This document shows positions 62,437 through 64,000 of a stretch of DNA of 64,000 bases, in pieces. Source of the DNA: Polymyxa betae A26-41 (lineage: Eukaryota > Protista > Endomyxa: Phytomyxea); assembly GCA_003693705.1 (NCBI GenBank), contig RBZT01000480.1, positions 1 to 64,000 on the forward strand, written 5' to 3'. Position numbers and translations under genes: made by a program. The first letter of the stretch is position 1; every line of letters begins with the position of its first letter. The notes beneath the pieces were generated by a model. That model saw nothing but the letters and a program-made list of their open reading frames with translations, did no database searches and was not told where the DNA came from.

Positions 62437-62508
62437 GCCTCTATAGCACAGTGGTAGTGCACCCGCTTTGTAAGCGGTAGGTCGCAGGTTCAATCCCTGC
62501 TGGGGGCA
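62437..62508 (+). tRNA. tRNA-Thr(UGU)
   Basis: 72-nt cloverleaf GCCTCTA..TT TGT AA..GGTTCAATCC..TGGGGGCA, followed by TTTT. Confidence 0.95.
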
Positions 62509-64000
62509 TTATCTTTTCATATGCAACGGTCAATTGCTTTTTGATAACTTTGTTGATAGCCGTTAAGGATCATCTGATCTATTAGCCGTTGATATTTTTT
62601 GAACAGGTCCAAGCAAATCGTTTAAATTTGTGCAACCGTCATCAAACGAGAGGAAATTTTCAATATTTTTTGCTCTAATTGGCATTATGTCGTCAAACAT
62701 CAAATGCAACCGTTGTATGGGGAGATCCCAATACATCCAATATATGATAAGATTGTGCAGTGCTTGTCTCATAGAAATTGTATAGGCATCTTGACAAAAG
62801 CACATCTGCCTTTTATTTGCAGCGCCAATTATAAAAAACGATATCGATTGTTAAATAATTACGATCCTGCCTAATCTTGCCTCAGATCCCACAAGCGGCT
62901 TTTGTGCAAACGCTTCATTACAAAGAAACAGCTGGTGATCATGGTAAATGGGTAGATTACAGAATGTAGAGAGTAGTTGATGGCAGATTGCAGGATCAGA
63001 TTTAACATACATAATATTGGTATTCATTGACAAATAATCAACGAGAATGAATAGAGCAATGAAGCGACTAAAAGCGACATCAAGTGTCATGGCCATTTAG
63101 ACCTCACAAACATAATTTAAATGTAAAATGAATGAAGACAATTCGGGAACCGAAGCATTGTCTGATCTCTGGATATTCCATTCAGTTCATGAATAGAAAT
63201 GAAGTAGCAATGTTTGAAGTCCAGCACATCTTCAAGTAAATGCTACAGATATAGGATTGCTTGTTGGGCATTTTGCAACTGGTTCTTCCAATGGTAATGG
63301 ACATCGGATTGTTTTGCAATCCTTTTAAAACATTCTTGAAATGGTTGGTCGAATTGAGCAGCTTCTATCTGCTGGCGTTCATCGAAAACGTTGACTTCTC
63401 TGAATCAAACATTTTTGAGATTCTACAAAAGGATCAGGAATTGATTCAACTCGGTACTCACCAGCATAATTTTTCAAAATTTGAACCGAGGATCGATGGG
63501 GTGCTTCCTGAGGACCGATTGGATCGCTTGATCACACAATCTACCTCAGATTAATAACACAGATTAGATCTATAAAATATGAGAATCTTGATGTGTGCAG
63601 GCAATGCAGCTGTCCATAATGCTGTATTGAAAAATTGTATCAATACCCAGAACAATATATTTAGTATCAAATATTTGATTGTTATATCTGTAATGGACTG
63701 ACAGATCCAGCAGACAATCAAGGAGGAGGACACCCTCGTCCATAAAATGCACCAGGTGACATGTCGCTCATAAACATAGCTTTAGCACAGAATCAGCAGA
63801 TTAAGATTGTACGAGGACTTGGAGTGAAAGGATCGAAAATATTGACAAAAATCGAGCACCACATTTTAATTACATTTTCTAATTTTGAAAGAAAAATGAC
63901 AAGACTTCATATGCATGAATATTACAAAGCGGGACATCTGAACTATTGTCATCCTTTTGTCATTCACCGAAAGCGGCAGCTCTTTTTGCCATCAGTTGAG

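Noticed and set aside
63261-63900. Gene at the window end
   Set aside because: Protein-like fragments are broken by stops and cannot be spliced into a coherent model.

Overview
Eukaryotic nuclear DNA with many short (~45-60 nt) GT-AG introns. The gene content and TTTAGGG/TTAGGG motifs suggest a plant-parasitic protist such as a plasmodiophorid; this is inference only. 1-7.1 kb is a transposon cluster: a MULE remnant, a 501-bp hAT derivative with an 8-bp TSD, a Mug135-like pseudogene and a full-length degenerate Ty1/copia element. 7.8-25.6 kb is rich in orphan secreted and membrane genes: a secreted ankyrin protein, three spliced paralogs of a signal-peptide + 4-TM family, a BTB-like gene, a membrane-anchored CBM2-like protein and a secreted EarP-like GT-B protein. 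It also holds Mis18, two tRNAs and a mariner derivative. 27-51 kb is mostly housekeeping: catalase, Ubc7/UBE2G, a LEA-like gene, PABPN1, PPP4R1, two intronless APC amino-acid permeases and a large coiled-coil gene. 51-61 kb is a cluster of candidate secreted effectors, followed by tRNA-Thr. Many of the orphan genes carry two or three unusual DNA signatures: telomere-repeat dimers, GTAAC/GTTAC enrichment and a sharp GC/AT mosaic inside ORFs. All gene models were spliced by eye and no database searches were run.
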